NCBI GenBank assembly: GCA_010909165.1 | Contig: MU008207.1 | Coordinates: 1 to 64,000, forward strand | Reading direction: 5' to 3' | From: Anthoceros angustus | Lineage: Eukaryota > Plantae > Anthocerotophyta | DNA length: 64,000 nucleotides | In this document: positions 12,251-23,720 of the stretch, piece by piece | Position numbering within the stretch: position 1 is the first letter of the stretch | Layout: each line of letters begins with the position of its first letter | The notes under the pieces: generated by a model | What the model saw: the letters and a program-made list of their open reading frames with translations, nothing else | Databases searched by the model: none | Told to the model about the DNA's origin: nothing | Translations under genes and position numbers: made by a program

Positions 12251-15200
12251 TTAGGGTAGGGGTTTGGACACCAAGTCCATAATACCTAGACACTTCATGT
12301 GTTTCCTATGCAACTCACGACCTAATGATTTTGTTAACAAATCAGCAGCATTATCTTTGGTTTGAATATAACTTATGTCTATTGTATTATCTTCTAACTT
12401 CTCTCTTATAAAATGATACTCAACTCCTACATGTTTTGTTCGAGGAAAACAGGGTTTCTAGCTAGGCAATGGCACCCGACTATCACTAAACAAAATTGTA
12501 GGCTTGTTGAAGATGTTGGAGTTCGCCTAAAATTAATCGACTCCAAACTATATCCTTTGCTCTGAGGTTAATACCCTATTGATTACTAGATAGGGCAACA
12601 GCGGTAGGTTGTTTCTTACTTGACGGATATGGAGCTCCTCCTAAAAGTAATACATAACGTCTGATTTTAGTCGGGATCACAGCATAATCGACATATGCAT
12701 TAATGTGTTGATGCGGTGTATGCTTGAACATTAGTCCCTTGCATAGTGCCTTCAAATATAAAGATAATAGCGATGTCCAATGCTCACGTCCGGATTCTCA
12801 AAATTGGGGCGAGCTTACTTCAAAAGCAATATCTGGTCTAGTAAAATTGCTCAAATATATAAATTACCAACGGCATGTCGATATGGAGCTAGACATCTCT
12901 AACTTCTCTTGTGTCTTGGGACTCATATCGAGTAAGCCTAACTCCACTTGCAAAGGTGTAGAAGCGGCTTTAGCATCCTCAAGACCAAACTTAACTAAAC
13001 ATTCTTTAATGTACTTGGTTTGTACTAATGCTTAAAGTCTTATTCACGATTTCTAATGATATTAACTCCTAGTGCATATGTCATCTCTCCTAAGTCGGAC
13101 ATCTCAAACAAAGTCCTCAACCATGCTTTGTTTCGCTAGGAGTGTAGGAGAAGATGTGCCATAAAAACATCATCAACATATAATAGGAGATAAAATATAT
13201 CTTTACCGGATATTAAGAATATATAAACAAGCATCACCTTTGCTTAAATCCTCTCCCAAGTTGTACATGAATAGTTAAGTTCCAATTCTTGCTGATTGCT
13301 TGAGGCCATAAAGGCCTTTAATAAATACATACCCAATCTTCTTTGCCTTTAACTTCCGTAACCCTCGGGTTGTCTCATGTATATTTCCTCTTTCAAGCCC
13401 ATATAAATATCTTGTCTTAACATCCATCATATGGTTCAAGATCAAATGTTGGGCACATAAGCAAATATCATTGAAGTGTGGCAAATTTGACTCTTGGGGC
13501 ATAAGTGGCCCAAGGTATGTAATCTAGACCGAGAATTTGTGTAAAACCTCTAGCTACTAGGCGTGCCTTATATCTTTCTATAGAACCATCTCCTTTTCTT
13601 TTAATTTTGAATACCCATTTGCTGGTTACTATCTTCCTACCCTAGGTGGTTTGACCAATTCCATGTAGAGTTATTAACTAGGAATTATATTGAATCTCAC
13701 TACCTTCCATAAGTCTTTTTCGGAGAGAAAGCTTGTTTTAAGGTAAGAGGTTCTTACGGGTCTATAGTAGCTTGCCAGGACTTGAGAATAAAGAGATATA
13801 GGGGTATAGGATCATCAAAACAAGGTATCCTAAAGGAGGTTCCTTCCAACTGCGGGACTGATAGTAGGTCGGGATCTAAGGTTGTACCTTTGTCGGTGCA
13901 TCATCCCATAGGAGCTGGATCATCTATGATCATGGACTCTTCATCATCACCCTCAAGTGTGTCAAGCAGGCGCCTCTCTTTGATGTAAGAGAGTTGTATG
14001 CATTGTGGAAGATGCTAACTCCTCCTCCTCCTGCATAATAGGTTCAACTAAAGGAACACGAGGCGGGAATGGGTATGAAATCAGTCATCAAAATAAGAAG
14101 GAGGTCTCATGAGAGGAAACATCAAAATCAGCTCGCTCCCCTTTGTGGGGAAAGAGGTAAGACTCATGAAAGTAACACTCGGGCATAAAAAGTTGCCTTG
14201 TAGAAGGGTTGAACAATTTGTACCCTTTGATACCTTGGTGTAGCCAATGAAGTGTACTTAGGCTGCTTTGGGATCTTCTTCGCAATGCTTTGGGAATAAA
14301 AACATATGCGGGATCCAAAAATTCGAAGGTGGTCAATAGAGGCTTCTTGCCAATAATGCTTCATATGAGTCATACCTTGAGCTGATGTAGGCAATCGATT
14401 CATGAGATAGGTTCTGAGGAGGGCCTCTTAATAAGCCTTAGATAACAGCTTGTACCAATAAGCAACAGATCTCTTGGGCGTAGATTCTTGTTCTCATCGC
14501 CATTTTGTTGAGGAGTAGACAAGCGTAAGTTGTTGAGCTATACCTTCACTCGACAAAACGCCTCAAATTGATGAATGTAAACTCTCCACCATTGTCGGAG
14601 CGTAAGGTCTTGAGTTTTCTTATCTGTAAGCCATTTCATGTAGTCCTTGAAGAGTGAAAGGCATCACTCTTGTTTTCGGGATGTAGGAAAGACAAAGCGA
14701 GAGAATATCATCTATGAAGGTCAAAAATATCTACTACCACTAAAGGAGGTGTAGACAAGGGTCCACAAATGTGCACTATCTCTAAAGGTGTCTTGGCCTT
14801 TGTGGAGATTTATTTTGAAAGGTTCTTGTATGCTTAGTGAGGACACATGTTTCGCACTGTGAAGGTGTTCAACCTTTGCAAGGCAAGGAGTTCTATAAAG
14901 AGGACCCTTAGACATTTGTGTTAATTTTTGACTATTAGGATGACCCAAACGACAATGCCAAAGCATGGTATGTGAAGGGATTGCTGAATTTGAAGAGGTA
15001 ACATTAGCAAACTGGGAAACTCCCACTTGGGCTGACAATCTATAGAGACCATCATCTAAAGTACCTGTGCAGATGGCTTGAGTCCTATGTCTTGTGTAGG
15101 AGAGGGAACAGCTATCTGTGAAAAATGTCACTTGCATAGTATGTTCTCTACAAAGACTAGCAACTGACACTAAATTTTTGCACATGGCAGGAACATAAAG

Positions 15201-16398
15201 GACTTCATGAATAAGAAGAGTTTGACCTGAATCACACCTGAATACAACAGAACCTACACCTACTATGGTTAGGTTGTGATCATCTCCCAAGAGAATCGTG
15301 TTCTGGTCACAGTAAGACTCAAAAGATCTCTGCATATGTGATGTAGCTCCACCCAAGTACCAATGAGGATTGGAAGGCTTGGAAGAAGCCAAGCACAGTA
15401 CAGGAGTTGAGAGTTGAAGAAGATGCCTTGTTCTTTGCAACAACATTTCTCGTGGGCCTCTTCCTAGGTTCCCGCTCTTCTTTTATGCGACAATCCTTCC
15501 AAATGGTTTGGAATCCTGCACCAATTGCAAATAACTCCACGCTTCTTGTTACCTCTTACAGGTGTGAAAGAAGATGAAGATTCTCCAAGTTGAGAATTAT
15601 GTTGGGGTCGCGAGGAAGTGGGACCTCGGCCTCTGCCTCGTCCTCTGCCTCTACCCCTGTGAGTATATAACCTGTGGTTTATTGAATCTGGAGCGATTGG
15701 GACGTCTACTTGCCTCCTCCTGTAGCAATGCTCCTATGAGTTCAGAAACACTGATGTCAGGCTCTTCATCTGGATCTTCATCAGCAGTTTTTCTAGCATT
15801 GCGAATCACTGCATTTTGAGTAGTAATAAAGGGCCTATAAGAAGATGGCAAGGAAGATAATAGAATGACGTAAGCCTCCATTTCAGTGATGGGTACGCCA
15901 GTTGCAGATTCCAATTGAGATCGAGCCACTCGAAAAGCATTAACATGATGTTCGATGGTGTCAGACTCCTTCATTGAGAGATTGCGGAAATTACGTGAGG
16001 TTGCAACAATACTCATTACATCTTGAGATGAATATAATTGAGCAAGGTGAGTCCACATATCCTTAGAGGTCTTTGCGTGTGCGACATGTCTCACCATATG
16101 CTGAGAAAGTCCACTAAACAATAAATCTTGTGCCTTCTCGCCCCTGGCGCCCCTGAAGGTTGAAGTTCACGTCAAATCGGCGTTGGTCTTGGAATTGATC
16201 CATCGACAATACCCCAAATGTCTCTTTGCCGCAAAGCTCCTCTCATTCTCAATGACCAGATGTCATAGTCTTTTCCATTGAATCTGTCTTTCTCTTTGAA
16301 GCTGTCACTATAATGACAATGCAAGGAGGTGTTAGCAGTATCATTACCTTTGGGGGATTAGTGGCAGCTTGTTCGTCCTCATTGATCACTCCAGCCAT
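12251..16398 (-). pseudogene. Copia gag-pol (gag, protease, GAG-pre-integrase, integrase, RT, RNase H), frameshifted
   Basis: Gag HVAHAKTSKDMWTHL, protease WYL.GATSHM, LWHCRLGHPN, MNRLPT, GYKLFNP and KGLYGLKQSAR motifs. RNase H reading ends at a stop near 12251. Confidence 0.9.
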
Positions 16399-16408
16399 TG
16401 TAGTTGAT

Positions 16409-17148
16409 TTAGAGAACTAAATTGCCGCCTCGTAGGAAGCGCTCTTCATCAGCTTCTGCTTCATAACTAGATGAAGGTGATGTGCATCTGCTACTTGATT
16501 GCTGCTGAGAAATCATATCAATTAAAATGGACAACTTTGATCTAAAATCTAGGATTTGACTCATAAAGTCATGGAATTCGAGTTTATAAGGAAATAACTC
16601 GTTACAAATAGATTTAGGAGGTTGTCCAAATTTATTATATGTTAGCAAGAGAATCAGAAGCAGAAGATCTAGATACAGAAATATTTAATTTATCAAATAT
16701 TCTAGAAAGATCACAAACTTCGTGTTTTAAAAGTTCTATGTGATTATTAAGAGAATTTTGAAAATGATGGATTTCTGATCTAATTTTTGCAACTACTTCA
16801 GATGTGGTATTGAGCTGCAAATTTGTAGATGAGGAGGAAGAAACAGTAGGGCCAGCACGCAAGTTGGGTACGTGATTAAGGGCTAATTCAATAGCTTTTA
16901 CCTGAGTAAGGTTGAAAACCTTTTAAACTCGTCTAGAGTTTGATTAGTTCCCCTTGATCAGATTGTGAAATTAAAATAGAGGCAATAAAATTAGAGATGT
17001 AAATAGAGGTTCTATCAATTTCTCTATCAATTATGTCAAGTTCTCTATTACATCTAACCTGATGGCTCTTAATCTGGGCTTCCTTCTTTGCAGAATTATT
17101 TCTTCTCTTAATTCTATGCCTATATCTTCTAGGGATAAGGAAGTCCAT
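16409..17148 (-). CDS. Extra ORF upstream of gag (copy 1, frameshifted), about 245 aa, unknown function
   Basis: ORF pieces 16933-17148, 16635-16862 and 16409-16648 are complemented by the second copy. The stop lies 10 nt before the gag ATG at 16398. Confidence 0.55.
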
Positions 17149-17344
17149 GAAGATTAGACCAAGGATTTACACAATGATGCATTGTTAGAGAAGAAATGTG
17201 TACACAAATGAAATACATTCAAAAGGAGCAATTCTAGGAAAAGCAAACTCCATTTCTGAAATCCTAGGTAGATGTCGCCTCCTAGAGGAGCTCCTTAGGT
17301 GCTAGTTGCATGGTCAATTTGAGAGCAAGAATGCTACGATACCA

Positions 17345-17545
17345 TGAAGAGAGAGTGCTCAAGAATCTTATACATTGATTATCATAATAGAAAGTACATT
17401 GAGTTTATGTAGTAGGTGGTTATAGGTTGTTGTAACCAATTAACCATAAATAACTAAGCAACTACTTCTAACCCTAAGAATTAATTAATTATTAATTCTA
17501 GATTTATAGAGCCCTAATGAATAGTGCCCTAATATGCGTATTTCC
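17345..17545 (-). repeat. Third, indel-rich copy of the copia LTR (part of the tandem duplication)
   Basis: Matches 19640-19849. Preceded by a degenerate PBS and followed by the same gypsy RT flank. Confidence 0.85.
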
Positions 17546-17879
17546 TTGACCACGGAAGTCATCGAGGAAGACTTCCATGAAGTCCACGGTATTCCTTAAA
17601 AATCTTGACAAGCTGCATGAAGGATCACGGTACTTAATCCGAGCGTGCTCGGTTTGTAGGCGTAGGTTCCCGATGCATGGTGAAGGGCATGGTGGCCAAT
17701 CATTCTCCACGAGATGCGGTGATTATACCGAATACCCATCCGAGCAGTAGACCATTCTCCCGCAACTAAATCCGATTATGTTGTCTATGAATGGAAGCGG
17801 GTAGTGGTCCTTTTTGGTCACCTTGTTTAACTTCCTCCAATCTGGACGTATCTTCCCTTACGCTTCTTGGGACCACTTG

Positions 17880-18698
17880 CGGTGTTGAAGAAGATGCCTC
17901 TCCAAGTTGAGGTATGTTGAAATTATGGAAAGTAGAACCTCGGCCTCGCTCCTCTTCCTCTACCCCTTTGTGAATACATCACTGCTTTATTGGTCTGGAG
18001 TGATGATGGCGCTTGCCTCCTCCTGTAGCAATGCTCCAATAAGTTCGAAACAACGATGTCGGCTCTTCATTTGGATCTTCATCTGCGGTTTTCTACATTA
18101 AATCACGCATTTTGAGTTGTAATGAAAGCCCTATAAGAAGGTGGCAATGAAGATAAGAGAATGGCGTAAGCCTCCATCTACGAGATAGATGCATGATTGA
18201 AGATTCCAAATGGGATCGTGCCAATCGAAATGCATTAACATGATGTTCGATGGTGTCGGACTCCTTCATTGAGAGATTGCGGAAATTACGTGAGGCTGCA
18301 ACAATACTCATTACATCTCGAGATGAATATAATTGAGCAAGGTGAGTCCACATATCCTTAGAGGTCTTTGCGTGTGCGACATGTCTCACCATATGCTGAG
18401 AAAGTCCACTAACCAATAAATCTTGTGCCTTCTCGTCCCTGGCGTCCCAGGAAGGTTGAAGTTCACGTTCAAATCGGGCGTTTGGTCTTGGAATTGATCC
18501 ATCGACAATACCCCAAAGGTCTCTTTGCCGCAAAGCTCCTCTCATTCTCAATGACCAGATGTCATAGTCTTTTCCATTGAATCTGTCTTTCTCTTTGAAG
18601 CTGTCACTATAATGATAATGCAAGGAGGTGTTAGCAGTATCATTACCCACTGGGGGATTAGTGGCAGCTTGTTCGTCCTCATTGATCACTCCAGCCAT
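17880..18698 (-). pseudogene. Copia gag (second copy, truncated)
   Basis: MAGVINED...DRFNGKDYDIWSLRMRGALRQRDLWGIVDGS, a typical copia gag N-terminus. Confidence 0.85.
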
Positions 18699-18708
18699 TG
18701 TAGTTGAT

Positions 18709-19437
18709 TTAGAGAACTAAATTGCCGCCTCGTGAGCGCTCTTCATCGCCGCTTCATAACTAGATGAAGGTGATGTGCATCTGCTACTTGATTGCTGCTG
18801 AGAAATCATATCAATTAAAATGGACAACTTTGATCTAAAATCTAGGATTTGACTCATAAAGTCATGGAATTCGAGTTTATAAGGAAATAACTCGTTACAA
18901 ATAGATTTAGGAGGTTGTCCAAATTTATTATATGTTAGCAAAGAATCAGAAGCAGAAGATCTAGATACAGAAATATTTAATTTATCAAATATTCTAGAAA
19001 GATCACAAACTTCGTGTTTTAAAAGTTCTATGTGATTATTAAGAGAATTTTGAAAATGATGGATTTCTGATCTAATTTTGCAACTACTTGATGTGGTATT
19101 GAGCTGCAAATTTGTAGATGAGGAGGAAGATGAGGGCCGACGCAAAGTTGAGTGCGTGATTAAGGGCTAATTCAATAGCTTTTACCTGAGTAAGGTTGAA
19201 AACCTTTAGCAAACTACGTCTAGAGAGTTTGATTAGTTCCCCTTGATCAGATTGTGAAATTAAAATAGAGGCAATAAAATTAGAGATGTAAATAGAGGTT
19301 CTATCAATTTCTCTATCAATTATGTCAAGTTCTCTATTACATCTAACCTGATGGCTCTTAATCTGGGCTTCCTTCTTTGCAGATTTATTTCTTCTCTTAA
19401 TTCTATGCCTATATCTTCTAGGGATAAGGAAGTCCAT
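18709..19437 (-). CDS. Extra ORF upstream of gag (copy 2, frameshifted)
   Basis: ORFs 19084-19437 and 18717-19145. Starts MDFLIPRRYRHRIKRRNKSAKK about 190 nt downstream of the PBS. Confidence 0.55.
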
Positions 19438-19627
19438 GAAGATTAGACCAAGGATTTACACAATGATGCATTGTTAGAGAAGAAATGTGTACACAAATGA
19501 AATACATTCAAAAGGAGCAATTCTAGGAAAAGCAAACTCCATTTCTAGGGAAATCCTAGGTAGATGTCGCCTCCTAGAGGAGCTCCTTAGGTGCTTGTAG
19601 TTGCATGGTCAATTTGAGAGCAAGAAT

Positions 19628-19639
19628 GCTCTGATACCA
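19628..19639 (-). promoter_or_regulatory. Primer-binding site, tRNA-iMet type
   Basis: Plus-strand GCTCTGATACCA = minus-strand TGGTATCAGAGC, directly adjacent to the 5' LTR. Confidence 0.95.
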
Positions 19640-19849
19640 TGAAGAGAATTGAGTGCTCAAAGAATCTTATACATTGATTATCATAATAGAAAGTACATTG
19701 AGTTTATATGAAGTAGGTGGTTATAGGTTGTTGTAACCAATTAACCATAAATAACTAAAGCAACTACTTCTAACCCTAAGAATTAATTAATTATTAATTC
19801 TAGGATTTATAGAGCCCTAATGAATAGTGCCCTAATATGCAGTATTTCA
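19640..19849 (-). repeat. 5' LTR of the copia element
   Basis: TG...CA termini, adjacent PBS, matches 10021-10235. Confidence 0.92.
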
Positions 19850-22400
19850 TTGTTGATAGACAGTCAAGGAAGACTTCCATGAAGTCCCGAGGTATTCCTT
19901 AAAATCTTGACAAGCTGTCGCATGAAGGATCCCGTGCCTCTTAATCCGAACGTGCTCAGTTTGTAGGCGTAGGTTCCCGATGCATGGTGAAGGGTGGCCA
20001 ATCACTCTCCCTGAGATGCAGCTGATTATACCCCGAATACCCATCCAGGAACGAGTAGACCATTCTCCCAGCAACTAAATCCAGTATGTTGTCTATGAAT
20101 GGAAGCGGGTAGTGGTCCTTTTTGGTCACCTTGTTTAACTTCCTCCAATCCTGGCAGACCCGTATCTTCCCCTTCTGCTTCTTGGGGACCACCACAATCG
20201 GGGCTACCCACTCCGATGTCACAATAGGATATATGACGTCCGCGCGCAAGTAAAGCTCCAGCTGTTCCTTTACCTTCAGCGAATATTTTGGATTTAGCTT
20301 GTATTGCGGTATCCTGACTGGCACGGCGCCAGGCTCGAGATCAATTTTGTGCTCCCCCCACTCCTTCGGTATGCCCTTCATGTCCGTAACGTCAAAAGCA
20401 AAAACATGGATGAATTCCGCCAACAGCTGCTTCATCCCCCTTTCCAAGTCTGCATTCATTCGGTTCGAAAACTTAAGGACTTTCCCAGGCAACACCTCCA
20501 CGTCTTTGATTTCATCTGTCTGTACCCACTCTCTTTCCACTGGCGCGGATGTGATTCCGAACCCTTCCTCAGGCTGTCTTGGTTCGCCTTCACGCATTCC
20601 CCATTCCGGAATAGATCGTCTGAGGTAAAACGTGTGACACCCTCCATCCCTCCAAGTTTGTCCAGACAAGCCGCCTCCGCCAGCCCACGCCATCCTGTTC
20701 CTCGACCGTCGTTCCAGCCTTTTCAATCCCGATCCTACTCTCCACCACATTATTGTCAACTGTGACTCCATAGCAACCCAATAGGCTGATGGAGTGGGGG
20801 ATGTCCCTCCGATAGTCGTCCTCTTCATCCGACCAGGAAATATGTGCGAACGGGAATTTCTCTTTCTCATCCTCCCCCCCAGAGGTGTCTTCTGCAGAGG
20901 TGTATCCATCCGTTTCCATGGGTGTCTCCCCTGCGTACGTATCTTGCTCCAAGTCAAACATATCCTTCCCTCCTTAATTTTGGGATCCCAATCCAAAGGT
21001 TTGAACCCCACTTCCTTCCTTGCCCATTTGAAGGTGCAACGGGCCCCATACGTCCACCTACGTCCAATGAGAACCTCATATCCTGGAGCTTTTTGTTTAA
21101 TGACCACATAGTCCATGAGGTACGGAATGGTACAATATGGGTTAGGACTCCTGTCAACTCCCCCACCGGCGCCATTTTGGACATGTCCACACCGCAAAGA
21201 CACTTTGACGTATGTTCTATCGCAACCCAAGCTTAGGCGGTCTCTTACATCATGATGTTGACCCCGACCGGAATCTAGCGGCACCTTCTTGATTACACAT
21301 CCCGCAATTTCTACGCGGCTCCGGACCACAGTCAACCATGGCCACCATATTCACAAAGAAGGGTTTGGGCCTTGGGGTGGAAGGCTCCGCCTCTTCTTGG
21401 CCAGCCTTCAATGCCCCACGGACGTTCGGTACTGCGGATTGTCCTCGAGAGTGTCCGAACGTTATCATGAACTTTTGGTCCATGATAACTTCCGCCAGAT
21501 TGAAAGGGACACTTGGCTGTGTTCTCCCCCTCTCCGCGCCAACCCCCACTCTCGTTTCAACAACCGCAGTAGCTCCTTGGTGTGTCGTTGAAAGCAGGAT
21601 GTGATGGGTTGGGTGGGCGAGGGACAGGAGGTGACTGGTCTGCCTTCAGTTCTTCTTGGATCATCTCCATAACTTCCCTTCTGACATCTGGCGGAAATGC
21701 CAACTCATCCTTCTTTCTCTCCTGGTTTTTCGCCAGATGTGTCGACTCGAGTTCCACTCCTCGGCTGTCTTCTTTTCGCACGTCACCCCTCGAATCCGCG
21801 GGTTCGGCTGCTAAGGGAGTTACATCTGTGGTGCCCCCCAAAATCGCAATTTTTGCGTTGGGTGTGACGTTCGTGCCTTGCTCCCCGTCCGCTGGATTCG
21901 CATGCCCTCCCTTTTGTCTGCCGGTTTCCATACCGAGTCCCTCGTTGGCATTTTGTGGCTGGACCCCTTTCCTTCCTCGCCTGATGAGGACGCAACTTCC
22001 TCCTCACTCGCAGATGTTATGGAGGCTCCCAATCCTTCCTTCTTTCTCTTCTTCCCCGTTCCCCCCTTCTGAGGGTGTCCGCCTTCCTCTCGCCGCTCCG
22101 CGTTCGAACAGCCATGGCAGGAGTTTCATAATACCCGCTATCCATATCCCCCAAACCTTCCAGGCTCCTCAGTACGCTGGCCTCGGAATCCTCCCATACG
22201 GCCATGAGCGCATCTTCGACTTGCATCGCTGGCAACGGGCTTTGCTTTATGGGTGGGTGGGCTGCCGTAACCGGAGGTTGAGCAATCCTCACATGTTTCT
22301 TCGGTGTCTGACAGAGGACGCTGCCAGCTACGTGACCTGATTGCTTGCAATCCATACTTCTGCACTAGTACCTCCAAACTTCGTGCCTCCAAACTTCTGC
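19850..22400 (-). mobile_element. Ty3/gypsy gag-protease-RT N-half (degenerate)
   Basis: Zinc-knuckle-like CKQSGHVAGSVLC, protease VPLDSG...YEVLIGR, RT WVAPIVVVPKK...IRVCQDWRKLNKVTKKDHYPLPFID...FLDGYSGYNQ, ending in an FMEVFLDD-like motif at the LTR. Confidence 0.92.
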
Positions 22401-23299
22401 ACTATATGTGTCTCCATGCTTGTTGACACCATGTTTAGTTTGCCTGCAATTGATCTTGAAGATCAAAGAACCTCACTTGCAGGCGCTACAACGGAAGAGA
22501 GCAAGCGTTCTGCAGGAATGTAGGTCCACCAGATCAGAAAGGACGTACGCCCGGGACACTAGCACCGCCAATGAACAACGCTATCTTGCACAATCAAGGA
22601 GAACCTGTTCATGAGGCTTCAAGGACAGCGTCGGAGGCTTCAAAGAACAGATGATCCTGTCAGCCGCTTCAAGCGCAAGAAGCAAAATATAGCATTGGGC
22701 TTGATAAAATTTCGAGGAACAAGCACGTAATGTACCTCGATATATCATGGGAACCAGCATGTACGCGAGACTGTGAACCTAATCTTGATCATCAAGACCA
22801 TGTCGATATAGCGACCCCGACCCCTTTAACCCAGAATCGGCGGGTGGTAGTCTGGCTGCCTGATCGGCCTCGCCAGCCGCGCGATCAGGCCGTCGGACCT
22901 TTTAGACCTTTGGGCTTCTGTGTACTAACGATCTAGTTATTGGAGTAGGAGAAAGCTTGTAGTACCATCACAAGCTTGGCCACCTTCACAGTGCTTGACA
23001 GGCTTTTGGCCAAGCGTCCCAGTAATCTAAGCTTGGGATCATTTAGAAATTGTTGAGATCGGAGTAATTTAAGACTCCTAGCCTGCACTACTCTCAAGAG
23101 AGCTCTCTCATAGCATAGACTACCAGAGTTGGCTCAGGGGGTCCAGCATTTCTTGAATGAGCTGTGCAGATGGGCCGAACGCACTAAAGTTGCTCAAGAG
23201 CTTGAGCAAGTCGTATTCAATTTCTTGTTCTCGAACTTTTGACACAGTCTTAGGTCATATCTTGTCGTGGTATACAGGAGAATCACTGTGCATGCATAC

Positions 23300-23720
23300 G
23301 TAGTGACGGCCATCCCTCTCAGCTCTTCGCGTCGTTGCAGAAGCTGTTGTGCTCCAGGAGCAGGACAGCCTCTCGATTGATATCCCCAGCGAGCTGTTGA
23401 AGTACATGCATGTCAATCACGAATCTCACTCCGAGTCCTGGGATGGTGATTCTGCTCTTAGCAATGTCTGTGGCAATCAGTACTTTGGCAGCTCCTGGAG
23501 AGGGTGGCTGAAACAACGCCGCTTGCTCGTCTTTTTCAAGCAGGGAGTGCAACAAAATCGTTTCCAGACGTTCTTCTCCTGCTGCCTTTGACTGGCGTTT
23601 GAATTCCTCGTGCACCCCAACAATGTCGACCAGTTCAGGCACAAATCTCTGTACAACATCCCCACCTTTGGCACTAGTACAGCATTCCCCCTTTGCACTA
23701 GAACAGCAGCCCCCACTTTT
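23300..23720 (-). pseudogene. Fragment of a DExH/DEAH-box RNA helicase (helicase C-terminal domain)
   Basis: LHSLLEKDEQAALFQPPSPG...KVLIATDIAKSRITIPG..VRFVID resembles the conserved LHS...KVILATNIAESSITIP.V.YVID, with degraded key residues. No N-terminal domain seen. Confidence 0.7.

Larger units (their letters stand above)
10021..19849 (-). mobile_element. Ty1/copia LTR retrotransposon (degenerate) with an extra upstream ORF and an antisense spliced gene; about 7.5 kb once an internal 2.3-kb duplication is removed
   Basis: Matching LTRs at 10021-10235 and 19640-19849, PBS TGGTATCAGAGC, PPT-like purine tract at 10236-10249, and gag-PR-INT-RT-RH motifs in copia order. Confidence 0.9.
15560..20190. 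repeat. ~2.3-kb tandem duplication (15560-17877 vs 17878-20190)
   Basis: Both units contain gag, the upstream ORF, PBS, LTR and about 340 bp of flanking gypsy RT. Confidence 0.9.
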
